Below, piece by piece: positions 1 to 15,700 of a stretch of 64,000 bases of DNA. The notes beneath the pieces were generated by a model. It was not told the origin of the DNA. It made no database searches and saw only the letters and a list, made by a program, of their open reading frames with translations. The position numbers and the translations under genes were made by a program. Each line of letters begins with the position of its first letter. The first letter of the stretch is position 1. Source of the DNA: Octopus vulgaris (Eukaryota); assembly GCA_951406725.2 (NCBI GenBank), contig OX597817.1:66774001-66838000 (forward strand). The letters run 5' to 3'.

Positions 1-33
<33 letters not shown>

Positions 34-307
34 AGTGTGTATATGTATGTCTATATATATGTTTATGTATATATATGTGCGTATGTATTTATGTATATAT
101 GTGTGTGTGTATGTATATGTATATATATATATATACATATGTATAAATATATATAAATATATATATATAAATAAAGACTACATATGTTTCATGGCTATAA
201 TTTAAATTCGAATTACATTTATATTTAAATTAAATTGTTGACCTAAGGAGTGACTATAATTTTAAATTGAATTGTTTTTCGATTAAATTTAAATTTAATT
301 TTATATG

Positions 308-338
<31 letters not shown>

Positions 339-445
339 GGAGTGTGTATATGTATGTCTATATATATATTTATGTATATATATGTGTATATGTATTTATG
401 TATATATGTGTATGTGTATGTATATATATATATATATATATAATA
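1..445. repeat. (TA)n/(TATG)n microsatellite tract enclosing a truncated copy (172-300) of the 4490-4662 fold-back
   Basis: Direct reading; 172-300 aligns to 4490-4615. Confidence 0.85.
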
Positions 446-647
446 ATAAATATTAGGGAATAAATCCAAATTTACAGGGAAAAAAATCAGATTTAGGATT
501 AAATCCAATTTTATAGTAAAATATTATAAAATATTATTATAGACAAAACCACTATTTTGCAAAACAAACAAGGAAAGACTTAATCAATACATAAAATTTT
601 AATAAATAGTCAAAAAAACTGCCACTACAATCGTTTCTTGTATACTT

Positions 648-3600
648 TCACCCATCCGCACGGATGTGTTAGTGAATCTCCGGTGTATATGTTGAGGCTT
701 ATATGTAGCGCTTTGGAGGCGAACGTCGTTGAAATTGTGAATGAATGGGTGGAGTTGGGAATTGTAACCGGGTGGTGGACTAGCGTTGATTGGAATTGTG
801 AGTGGATTAGTGTAGTAGTGAGGTAGGCATCGAGAATGGGTTGGGTTGCTGCAAGTAGTTTGTTAGAGCTGTTAAGGTGAGCTAAAGCTCATAAATGTAT
901 ATAATGATTTTTCCTGGTAGTTTTTTTAAAGAATCCATTCATAATAAATTTTTTTAAGTAGTGTTGGTTTGCCTGTGGATATAGTTTTTAGTTCCATTTA
1001 TTCTTTTTCTCCATTCATAATTTTAAATGACGTTTACTTTCCATGGCGCGTATTCTTTTTTTACATAAGTTATTTCTATGGTAACGTAATTTTGGTTTGC
1101 TTTTTTTAACGGCTAAGAATTTAATTTCACTTCATAATTTGAAACTGACTTGTATGTATTTTATTTATCCTTATGTCATATTGTTATTTTTGATATTCTG
1201 GTTAATTACGATGTATTTAATGTTGTTATCATAGGAGTGTTTATGTATATGAGATTGTGTGTGAGTTTTTAGTTGTATAATTTATTTATCTGTATGAGTG
1301 TGGGTGTGTAAATATTGTTGTATATATCGAGTTTAGTGAGTATGTATATGCGTATATGTGAGGGAGTATATGTATCTGTTATGTGTGTGTGTTTTGCGTG
1401 TGTGTGTGTTTGTGTGTGAATGTGTATATGGGTTTGTTATTTTTGGGATGTATGTGTTAATTTGTCTGTGTGGGGAGGGAGTGGGTTTTGGTGTATATTG
1501 AGGTTTATAAGTTAGTATAGGTATGTGTATAAGTCGTGGGTCTGTGGTTTATGTGTGTGTATTTGTGTGTGAATGTTTAGGTTAGGGGGATTGCTATATA
1601 GGTTTGTTATAGAGTTTAGCAAAGGGAGTTTTTATCGTTATAGGTTTTAAGAGTTTTGGTTTATCATGGTTTTTTTAGGGAATTTGTGGTAATTTGTCTA
1701 TTTTCGATGTTGGTTGTTTTATTACATTGTTTCATTCATAATTTTTGAGTGGTGTTCGTTTTGCCACGTGAATATTATTTTTAATTCCATTTATTCCATT
1801 TCTCCATTCATTAATTTAGAGATGTTCGTTTCCAGAGCGGTGTGGTTTACGTGTGTGTATTTGTGTGTGCATGTTTAGGTTAGGGGGATTGCTATATAAG
1901 TATGTTATAGAGTTTAGTAAAGCGAGATTTTATCATTTTATGTTTTTTGTGAGTTTTGGTTTATCATGGTAGGTTTGTTAAGGAATTACTCTCACCCATC
2001 CGCACGGATGTGAATCTCCGGTGTATAGGTGAGGCTTATATGTAGCGCTGTGGAGGCGAACGTTGTTGAAATTGTGAATGAATGGGTGGAGTTGGGAATT
2101 GTAACCGGGTGGTGGACTAGCGTTGCTTGGAATTGTGAGTGGAATAGTGTAGTAGTGAGGTAGGCATCGAGAATAGGTTTGGGTTGCTGCAAGTTGTTTG
2201 TTAGAGCTGCTAAGGTGAGCTAAAGCTCATAAATGTATATAATGATTTTTCATGGTAGTTTTTTAAAGAATCCATTCATAATAAATTTTTTAAGTAGTGT
2301 TGGTTTGCCACGTGGATATAGTTTTTAGTTCCATTTATTCTTTTTCTCCATTCATAATTTTAAATGACGTTTACTTTCCATGACGCGTATTCTTTTTTTA
2401 CATAAGTTATTTCTATGGTAACGTAATTTTGGTTTGATTTTTTTTAACGGCTAAGAATTTAATTTCACTTTATAATTTGAAACTGACTTGTAAGTATGTA
2501 TTTTATTTATCCTTATGTCATATTGTTATTTTTGATATTCTGGTTAATTACGATGTATTTAATGTTGTTTTCATAGGAGTGTTTATGTATATGAGATTGT
2601 GTGTGAGTTTTTAGTTGTATAATTTATTTATCTGTATGAGTGTGGGTGTGTAAATATTGTTGTATATATCGAGTTTAGTGAGTATGTATATGCGTATATG
2701 TGAGGGAGTATATGTATCTGTTGTGTGTGTGTGTTTTGCGTGTGTGTGTGTTTGTGTGTGAATGTGTATAAGGGTTTGTTATTTAGGTTTTGGGATGTAT
2801 GTGTTAATTTATTTGTGTGGGGAGGGAGTGGGTTTTCGTGTATATTGAGGTTTATAAGTTAGTATAGGTATGTGTATAAGTCGTGGGTCTGTGGTTTACG
2901 TGTGTGTATTTGTGTGTGAATGTTTAGGTTAGGGGGATTGCTATATAGGTTTGTTATAGAGTTTAGCAAAGGGAGATTTTATCGTTATATGTTTTTGAGA
3001 GTTTTGGTTTATCATGGTTTTTTTAGGGAATTCGTGGTAATTTGTCTATTTTCGATGTTGGTTGTTTTATTACATTGTTTCATTCATAATTTTTGAGTGG
3101 TGTTCGTTTTGCCACGTGAATATTATTTTTAATTCCATTTATTCCATTTCTCCATTCATTAATTTAGAGATGTTCGTTTCCAGAGCGGTTATACTTTTTA
3201 TACATATGTTAAGTTCCTTGGTAAAGTAATTTTGTTTGGTGTATATGTTGAGGCTTATATGTACTTGTGGGTGTGTGTGAGTGGGGTGGGTGTTTGTATT
3301 TGTTATGGGTGTGTGGTTTACGTGTGTGTTTTTGTGTGTGAATGTATAGGTTAAAGGGATTGCTATATAAGTATGTTATAGTGTTTAGTAAAGGGAGGTT
3401 TATCATTTCTGTTTTGTGAGTTTTAGCTTATCATGGTAGTTTTATAAAAGAATCCATTCATAATTTTTGTGTTTATTTGTCTGTGTGGGGTTGAGTGGGT
3501 TTTTGGAGTATATGTTGAGGTTTATATGTATGTATTGGTATGTGTAAGTGGTGTGGGTATTTGTATATGTCGTAGGTGTGTGGTTTACGAGTGTGTATTT

Positions 3601-3890
3601 GTGTGTGAATGTTTAGGTTAGGGGGATTGCTATAAAGGTATGTTATAGAGCTTAGTAAAGGGAGATTTTATCATTATATGTTTTTGTGAGTTTTGGTTTA
3701 TCATGGTAGGTTTGTTAAGGAATTCGTAGTAATTTGTGTATATTTGCGATGTCTGTTGTTTTATTGCATTGTTTCATTCATAATTTTTAAGTAGTGTTCG
3801 TTTTACCAAGTGAATATAATTTTTAATTCCATTTATTCTATTTCTCCGTTCATAGTTTTGAGTGATGTCCGGTTTCTAGAGCGTGAATGT
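648..3890. repeat. Tandem duplication (~648-1838 vs ~1992-3190) plus diverged G/T-rich sub-repeats to ~3890
   Basis: Near-identical blocks start tcacccatccgcacggatg at 648 and 1992; the motif gtgtgtgaatgtttaggttagggggattgctatat recurs about 5 times. Confidence 0.9.
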
Positions 3891-4314
3891 GGGTTGTATG
3901 TGTGTGTGTGTGGGAGTATGAATAAGTATTGTGTTGAAGTATTTAGCTATTTTATTTATTTTTAGTTGCCTAGACGTTATTATGTGTATGTATAGGGATA
4001 TATATATAGGTGTGTGATTTAGTGTATGTAGTTAGATATGGTTATATATAATTAGGTATATGTGTATGGGTGTATATATAGTTTATTATTATATTATTAT
4101 TATTTTTTTTGTTTTGTTTTATATTTTATATTTTATATTTTATATTTAATTGTTGATAGGTTTATTTTAGTTTATATATTGTTTATATATTGATTATATA
4201 TGAATTATATATAGGTTATATATGGATTATATATTTATATTTTTTCATTCATACTTTAATTATTTTAAAATTATTATTTGTATATTTTAAAATATTGATA
4301 TTTCAGATTGAAGT

Positions 4315-4357
4315 CCACCTGAAGATTGTCGATCAAGACAAGAAACGATTGTAGTGG
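4315..4357 (+). ncRNA. Minimal type I hammerhead ribozyme
   Basis: CCAC-CTGAAGA-TTGTC(gatcaa)GACAA-GAAAC-gatt-GTA-GTGG: stems I and II pair perfectly, full core, GUA cleavage triplet. Confidence 0.85.
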
Positions 4358-4444
4358 CGGTTTTTTTGACTATTTATTAAAATTTTATGTATTGATTAAG
4401 TCTTTCCTTGTTTGTTTTGCAAAATAGTGGTTTTGTCTATAATA

Positions 4445-4493
<49 letters not shown>

Positions 4494-4556
4494 ACTATGT
4501 ATGTTTCATGGTTATAATTTAAATTCAAATTACAATTAAATTTAAATTAAATTGTT

Positions 4557-4658
4557 GACCTGAGGAATGACTATAATTATAAGTTGAATTGTTTTTCGAT
4601 TAAATTAAAATTTAATTGTAATTCGAATTTAAATTATAGCCATGAAACATATGTAATC
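4557..4658 (+). ncRNA. Type I hammerhead ribozyme with long stem II (stem I has one mismatch)
   Basis: GAC-CTGAGGA-ATGACTATAATT...AATTATAGCCAT-GAAAC-atat-GTA-ATC; sister copies read GTAGTC or ATAGTC, restoring stem I. Confidence 0.65.
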
Positions 4659-4799
4659 TTTTTACTTATTATATATTGTTTATTCATTTTTGTACTTTTT
4701 GTGATCTAGTTATATGTTTTAAAATATATTTTATTTTTCATTTATGATTTGGTTTATGTCTATCATTGTTTGAATTGCATAATAGTGGTTTTTCTCTAA

Positions 4800-7516
<2,717 letters not shown>

Positions 7517-7860
7517 TAGTTTTTCCACAGTTTTAAAAGCCATTTTCACATACTTGCATGAGTGATAGGACTTATTTGTTGGGACAACTTTTGTTTTTCA
7601 CAGCCAAGTATTGTTCTGAACACTCCTCACTCAACCATGAAGTTTGGAGCAGAGCATGGTATATTTTTTATGTTTTAGAATTACTTTTTACTCCAGGAAA
7701 TGAGCAAATATATTGCTATATTCATGATCACAGCTAAGTACCTGAAGCAGTAAATACCAACTTGTGGCCAATGTTTAGTGCATTCTATGTTAGCTCTGCC
7801 AATAGTCATGGTTGGTCTCAGATGAAAAGTCAAGGTGTAGTTGCAGACTGGTTAATCGAA

Positions 7861-8100
7861 TCAGAGTAATGTGTCTGGAACCTGGTTCTGAGAAGAAATT
7901 CGATTAAGTAAAAAATTCAGTTTTCCTACACTCCAAATAGCAATTTTACTGTCTTTGCTGCCAGAACCACTAATTATATATCGGTCCTCAACGGAATACA
8001 AGCAATACACTGCATCCATATGACCATCCAAAACAACAACATTCTGGTATGTGTGCTTGTTATACACATGTATTGTTCCTTCTTTGGTGCCAATCCACAT
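7861..8100 (-). CDS. DENND3: DENND3-like terminal coding exon w22 (last WD40 blade)
   Basis: cag|[13 protein letters not shown]...[31 protein letters not shown]...TLL*. Confidence 0.92.
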   Translation of the reverse strand: MWIGTKEGTIHVYNKHTYQNVVVLDGHMDAVYCLYSVEDRYIISGSGSKDSKIAIWSVGKLNFLLNRISSQNQVPDTLL

Positions 8101-11100
8101 CTGAAATAGGAAAAAAATTGAAAGTTTACATGTACAAATATATGCATATGCATAAGTGAATTTCATCATTATCATTTTAATGCCTACTTTTCCATGTGCA
8201 CAAGGGTTAGATGGAATTTATCGAGGTAGGTTTTCTATGATCTGAAGTCCTTCCTGTTAATCCTCACCTGTTTCCAAGCAAGGTAATATTTCTTTGCAGC
8301 TGGACATGTTTTCACAAAAGACTGGAAACAAATGACATTGCTTGTATGTTGGTGACACTTGTTTATAGATACTGTACAATGTCAAGACCAAGAGAAACAG
8401 CCACAGATGCACACACACACACACACACACACACATTCAGGCTTCTTCCAGTTTCTGCCTACCAAATCTGCTCACAAGCCTTTGGTTTGCTAGGGCTGAA
8501 GTAGAAGATACTTGCTCAACGTGCTGCATAGTGGGACTGAACTACAAAACTGGTTCACAAGCAAGCTTCTTAACCACAGTCATACCTGTGAATGTAATTA
8601 TGTGTGTGTGTGTGTGTGTAAAGTAACAAGGATATGAAATCCACAGCATGGTTTTGTGCTGATTATCTGAGTAGATAAATATAATCTGCATTACTTAAGA
8701 TTATAAATATTAATTTGGGTTATCTTTGTGAAATCATGGTAATGTGTAATTGTATGAGTTACTTATTCATGCTAATATACATAGAGTCTCTTCAGGACAC
8801 TCCATGGAGTCAAACTACGAACTGGATATTAAGATGCCTCTTCTTTCAAGATACACCTCAAAGTGCTAATAATATCTCTTGTCCAGGTTACAGTGAAGTT
8901 CAAAGATCAACAAATAGCAACATCTTTAACTCTTTACCATTCAGATGACTCTGTTGAATGTAATACTTATTTCTTCATACTGCTTTGAATTAATCATTCA
9001 TTATCTTGTAGCTTTGAAATTTCGATGGTGTTTTTGAATAGTTTTAAAATGATGTTGTAGAGTAAGGTGTAAAGGGCTGAATCTTGCCAGGTTGAACATA
9101 AAACAGAAGGCATATTTGAGCTGGATGTGGCTGGTTTAAGCACTAAAGGATTGATGGTAGATGATGGCTGAAAAAGCTTATTACTTTCAATCATCTTGGA
9201 CTCCTTGCCCTTGAACCAAGATATCTCATGGTCAAAATCACAGCTTCTCCATGCTAAACAAAACTATGCACAGACATGGTCATCGCTGCCACCGTCGCCA
9301 CCACCACCACCAGGAACCAGAAAGTATCCACACACTCTCACACATACATGTATGTGTATAATATATACACATAATAGAAATTTTCACACTTCCCACTCAT
9401 CAAATCTCAATTGATTTAATTTTTAGTCAGTAGTGGCTGTGTGGTAAGTAGCGTGTTTGCCAACCATATGGTTCCGGGTTCAGTCCCACTGTGTGGCACC
9501 TTGGGCAAGTGTCTTCTACTATAGCCTCGGGCCGACCAAAGCCTTGTGAGTGGATTTGGTAGACGGAAACTGAAAGAAGCCCGTCGTATATATGTATATA
9601 TATATATATATGCGTGTGTGTGTTTGTGTGTCTGTTCCCCTAGCATTGCTTGACAACCGATCCTGGTGTGTTTATGTCCCTGTTACTTAGCAGTTCGGCA
9701 AAAGAGACCGATAGAATAAGTACTGGGCTTACAAAAGAATAAGTCCCGGGGTTGAGTTGCTCGATTAAAGGCGGTGCTCCAGCATGGCCGCAGTCAAATG
9801 ACTGAGACAAGTAAAAGAGTAAAAGAGTAAGAGTATATGAACATTATACCCACCCTTGGATTCCTGCTAAAAGAGTGTATTTGAGTAAGGCATTCCAGTT
9901 AAACACATTGTCTCTTTCACTCACTCTCTAGGTTATATTTTTCACTATTATTCATTAATTTAAGAAAGTGAGATCATAAACCATAATTCATAGCTTTTTA
10001 GAGCATTTAAACAATTGAAGTTGATAAAGTAATAACACTGACTTCTTGGGCCATACATAGTACTACGAAGATAGGAGTGTCCAAAATACCAGCCATTCCT
10101 CTATTGTTTGTTAGCATAATGATTAAGCCTCCATTAAATCATTTGATCTGCTAGAAATGACAGCCAAATCTTTCGCAAATCACATATGACAGCCTTTTCT
10201 AAGAAGGAGCCTTTGGATAATGTTTTAGATACAATGTGTCTGAATGAAAGACATAAAATATGAAGGCTGGTGTGTCACAGTTCTACTTGATATGGGCTAA
10301 CTTTGAGGATAAAAAATATTGACAACAATCATAAGTGTAAAACATTCAATGAAGTAATATCAGGAATTTGATGCTGGCATTCATCAGAGTTATTAACAAG
10401 ATTCTAATGAAGTTCTTTAAATTCAAATATTATTGAAATTCTTAAAAAAAAAAACAATAATTTATTAATTAATGAATAATAAGTTCCAAGAACTTACCAT
10501 ATCTTTAGCTTTAACAATTGTTGTCACGCCACGTCGACTACGACCATTGTGTTTAAGTATAAGTTTCTCTTTCAGAGTGAATTTGGCAGAGTCCAAGATA
10601 TATACTGCACCAATGGATGAATAACCAATCCACATCTTTAAAAGAAACAATAACAAAAGTCCATGTTTATTTTTTTTCTTAAACTAAGAGACATGCTAAT
10701 GCAGAGAGTGTTCATGTGAAAGAGATTAAAGATAACAATTTCTGTACAGTTGATGAGATGGGGAAAGAAGGGTTGTCAGTTGGGTCTGAATGGAGCAGTA
10801 TACAAGGAGAGCGAGAGAGAGAGGGGGGAGAGAAAGAGAGAGAAGTAGCATGTCTGTAATTAGTGGTTGTAGCTTGTTAATGAGTGTATCTCTGTTAATC
10901 AGCTGAGTAGCCTTCTTTTCAATTGGATACCTAATGGGGTTTGTTTGTTAAACAGAAATCCCATCCTATACTCTGGTAACCTTTCTGTATTTGGGTGTTG
11001 TTTGTTATTTCGATATCCTCATTTGTTATGAAGCACCTGCTGTGACTTGGCCTTTTCTGCTTTATTAAAAGGCATTTTCTTATGTTAGGGGCTGTAGTTG

Positions 11101-12635
11101 CTGTTTAATCCTAGGTCATCCCTGATTGTAGACAATCTACAATCAAAAGTATTCTTGCTGAGATCCTTCATTTGTTTTCAGATGATAGTGTGTAACTTGA
11201 GGGAGGTCTAGCTGCTATTTCTAACAGAATGATACTCCACTCTTTGGATCATGGGCTTGTAGTTCTTTTATAATCTGGATTTTAGCAGTTTTGTGTTCCT
11301 GTTGTTTAGCGTCAGGTTAGTCCCAGCTGAGCAAACCTGTGATCAAAGGTATTCGAGTAGTGACCATACTATCTTTTTGTGTCAGTAGAGTATAATTTGA
11401 GACAGGTTTGTTTGTTATTTTTACAAGGTTTATTAACCCTTCTCCTCTTAAGGCTGTATGGAGAGATCTAATGTTGTTTTGTTGCTTTTAGAACTGTTAA
11501 GGGTTGTGCTGTTGTTAGTGATAAGTTTAAGAGAGGAAATTATAACCTAAGATGAATATAACCTTTTAAGATAAATATTAACTGAACAGTGGAGCAACAA
11601 TATCTAGTTTACAGTATTAAATAAAGATTAAACAGAACTTCCTTTTGCTAGCTCTGAGAAATGTGTCCAATACTGAAGTCATATCTGTGATTGACAGCAG
11701 ATAACTATGATATTATGCTGAAATCTTTCTACATTTTGCTGATAGCTATAATACCTATGGTACTCTTCTGATATCTCAACAAGGGTTTCAAGAATAAACA
11801 ACAACAACAAAAATAAATTTTAAAAATCCCCAAGAAAACACAAGAACAAAATAAATCAATATATTTTACCTCATCATTTTCAGTCAAAAGATGATAGCAT
11901 TGAACTGGAACAAGTTGAGGTAAGTCTTGGCAGATTTTGTCAATTTCTTTCAACAATACACCCTCAGGTGATACCATAAGTGTTTTATGTTCACAAGCTG
12001 GATATAGAAAACAAGAATTTAAAAAAATAACATTTATATTATTAGTTTGATCAATAGCAATTTAAAATATACATATATATTAACTGAAGTATACAAAATT
12101 ATATATTCACTACAGACGATCATACCAATTGGCTTCACTCTAGGAGTTCAACAGAGTGTTAGATAACAGTCTGATTATGTAATCCTGCACTCTTCAGAGG
12201 TAGCCATTATGGAATGAGATAAGGTGACTACTCTCTATTGTGGGAGGTGAACAGACATTCAGTTTGGTTCTACAGTATTAAATTGAGTGAAATGATGAGA
12301 GAATCTAATGAAGAACTTATTTAAGCAATCACCTCAGTAGATGCATTCCACATCTTGGATGTAAGAAAATGATTGCACAACATCTCACCTAACACACAGG
12401 TGTTAAAATGCATCAAAACAATTGTAGTGATATTAAATAAAGAATTTTGTCAATTCCATTTTCATTCATTTCTCTATTTATATATAATCTCTTATGGATA
12501 ATATGGAATTCCTGATGTATACCCAGTAATAGGAGCATTTGAATTGTATGATGACATGAGGTGGCCAATTGCTGTGGACGAGCTTTGCACAACATTCTAC
12601 AAAGTTTTTATCCAAATCTCAGTTAACTATATATA

Positions 12636-12734
<99 letters not shown>

Positions 12735-15700
12735 ATATATATACTTGCTGAGTTAGAAGGAAGCAGCAGTGTCCATGACTACTGCAGGCCCTCCAAGACC
12801 AGTGATGTTTCTGCTGTTAATATTCTGTTTAAACTGGTGTAAGTTAATATCTGCAGGTAAGACATGGGCAAGGAGAAGATTCCAGAGAACTGATGTAATA
12901 AGGAAGAAAGACTGGACATAGTGGCAGGAATAAGAGTGATGAGAAGTGGAGAGAAGAGTGGGTCGTGGATGTTAGAGTGGTGAAAGAAGAGACTGGTTAG
13001 AATTTAAAGGGTCAAGAGTTGTACAAAGGACAGCAAAAAAAAAAAAACAGAAAGAAAAACAAACCCATCCTCCCTTTTTTTTTGCAACTTGGACACTAAA
13101 CAGGTGGCTGGTTAAAATAAACACTAAATCAAGAAGAGAGTGAAGACACATACAAATATACATACATGTAACACCATCATCATTTTATGTCCACTTTTTC
13201 CTGCTGGCATGTGTTGGCTAGGTCTCAAAACATCTTATTACCCTGACACATCAGCAGTAGAGAAATATTGTCTGTGTGTAATTATTTCAATTGTGTTTCC
13301 ATGCCTTGGTACTGCACTACCCCTAAATCACTTTATAGTATGGACTAGATGCATTTTATCATGTCCCTGACAAAACTAAAGCATTTTCTCTACTCTATTC
13401 TCTCCATTTACTCCCATTCATGCATGCATATGTTTGTTTGTGTGCATGTATGTATGCATGTGGGCATGTATATATGTATCAACCAGGTCAGCCCAAAAGT
13501 AAAAACTCTTTTTTTTTATGATTATAGTTTTGAGGTTTGTATCACTTTGTTTAAGAACAAAGTCTTGACATTCTGCTAAGCATGCTAGAAGCTCTACATT
13601 ATTTGTTGAATAACTATCACAATATAGAGATTACCAAAGACATTTTTGTGTTTTAGGAGTTCAAAAAGTAGAACCATGCTATCACTGCTGTAAAGAATAT
13701 ACTGAAGCTATACATCACTATAGTTTAAAATAAATAAAAGTGGGGATTTCAGCTTGAAAGATTCTACTAGTCACGTTTCCTTTGATAATGAACAAATGAC
13801 AACAGTACTCAAGAGAAATGGTAAAGCATCATTTGAAGATGTAGTGCAACACTTAATTCAGTCATTATTTGGGGAAAACTTGGAATAGAGCCTAAATTCA
13901 GCAAATGTATTGCCCACAAACTGCAATACAAGAGAACGTGTGAAATCTGCTTTATGCTTCGTTTACAACAATTTTTATCCCTGTTTCTGGATTGCCTTGT
14001 TACTGTAGAAGTGATATAAAAAAAAATGGATACTTTATGAAAATGTTAAACATTGAAGGCAATGGGTTCCATCTTTGCAGTAAGTAAAACCTCTATCAAA
14101 GCAAGATCTTCATTGTAATGAGACTTTGTTTAGCATTTGGTGGTATGAGGAAGATGTTACTCACTTTGGCATCCTGCTGCCAAACCAAACAAGTCACACC
14201 TCAAAAATACTGTGAATAACTCAACTGATTGAATGAAAAACTGAAAGGGAAGAGGTGTTCTTTCCTCACTTGAAAGGGTATTCTCCATCATGAGAATGCA
14301 AGTCCTCATACTGCCAGAATCACTTGTTCCAAGATTGAAGCATTTGAGTGGGAAAAGCTTGAATATTCCTCATATTTTCAGATTATCACTTATTTAAAGT
14401 TTGGAGCATGTCATTAGTAATGAAAACTCTAATTAATTACAAGCACTAAAATTGAATATAATCAGCTTCATCGTGAAGCTTTCAATATACTTGACAGTAT
14501 GTTATTAATTCAAATATAGGATATATATTTGATTATAGTAATTTACCAATGTTTTGTGACCTTTTAAATCATACAAGAAAAAATGAGTTGACAGCTCCAT
14601 CTCTAATATATAATGAAACAGGACCCTAAGCTGTAGTGTCAAAATTCCTTTCGGACAAAGTAACTCCAGGTTTCATTCCACAGCAGACTCCAACCAGGAA
14701 CAACCAGCTAAATGACTAACTTCATGCCATTCACTTTCTGTGATAACAATACGTTTTTTTAATTAGTGTCTAATGAGTTATTGCCTTAGATCTTGCATCA
14801 TATATAAACCGAAATATGAGTCTTATTTTATTTTATTTTATTTTTACTAAAGATGGTAGCCATATGAATAGCAGAATGAGATAAACAAAATTTGAAAATT
14901 TGTTTAGGTGAATTCCTTTATTTTTTGTGATTATCATTTTGAAGAGTTTGTGAATATAGTTGCTTGGTATGAACTTTTTTCTTTTTTAAATTAACACTGG
15001 TAGCAGAGCATAGGTTCAAAATGACAATAAGAAATGCTAACCCTTCACCTTTAGTGTCAGAGAAGTATAACACATAGTAGAAAGAAATGATCTATTAGCA
15101 TGCAACATTGAGAAGAAGTCGGCAGACACTGTAGTTCTCTCTCTGACAAGCAAAACCAGAGAAGCTGGTTTGGAAATGGATCCAGAAAAATTGAATAAAG
15201 ATGCTCTTATAAAAGTATATGAAAAACTGGATGAATTATTTAAAGAAGATTCTAAATAAGCAGTCATTTGTTATGATAACTTTGAACAATATTCTAAACA
15301 TGGATTTGAGAGAAAGGTAACACAGTTGAAATCATTCAAAATATCTCTTTCTGAGCTGGTACTCACATACAGAGTTTTAAGAAGTGTAAATATGACAGAA
15401 GATAACAGAAACATGTAAAAGTAACAGTAACTGATTTAATATTTAAATTTACTGAACTCAAGAAAGTTACATTGACAATGGTTCAATGGCAAATAGTTCT
15501 GAGAATATTCAGGTTAAGGAAACAGTGGCATATGTTGAATGTGAAGACACTGATGATGTCTGCTATGGTAGATGGTCAGGAGGTAGACATAGATGTAAAC
15601 ATCTCTTTTAGTTGAAATAGCAACCATTTGATAATCTTATAGAATTTAAAAGATCTCACTGATTTGCTTCTTATTTAACATCACTCTGAGAATGGCCATC

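Larger units (their letters stand above)
455..4455 (+). mobile_element. Non-coding Penelope-like (retrozyme-like) element with inverted terminal repeat and hammerhead
   Basis: ~525-641 is the reverse complement of ~4338-4455. A hammerhead core lies at 4315-4357. The element is embedded in (TA)n and has no protein-like ORF. Confidence 0.7.

Noticed and set aside
1570-3630. TTAGGTTAGGG telomere-like motif; G/T skew suggesting a mitochondrial insertion
   Set aside because: The motif occurs once per sub-repeat rather than as an array, and no mitochondrial gene or tRNA is recognisable.
9430-9500. tRNA genes at SINE heads
   Set aside because: They have A/B-box-like motifs but no cloverleaf and continue into SINE bodies.
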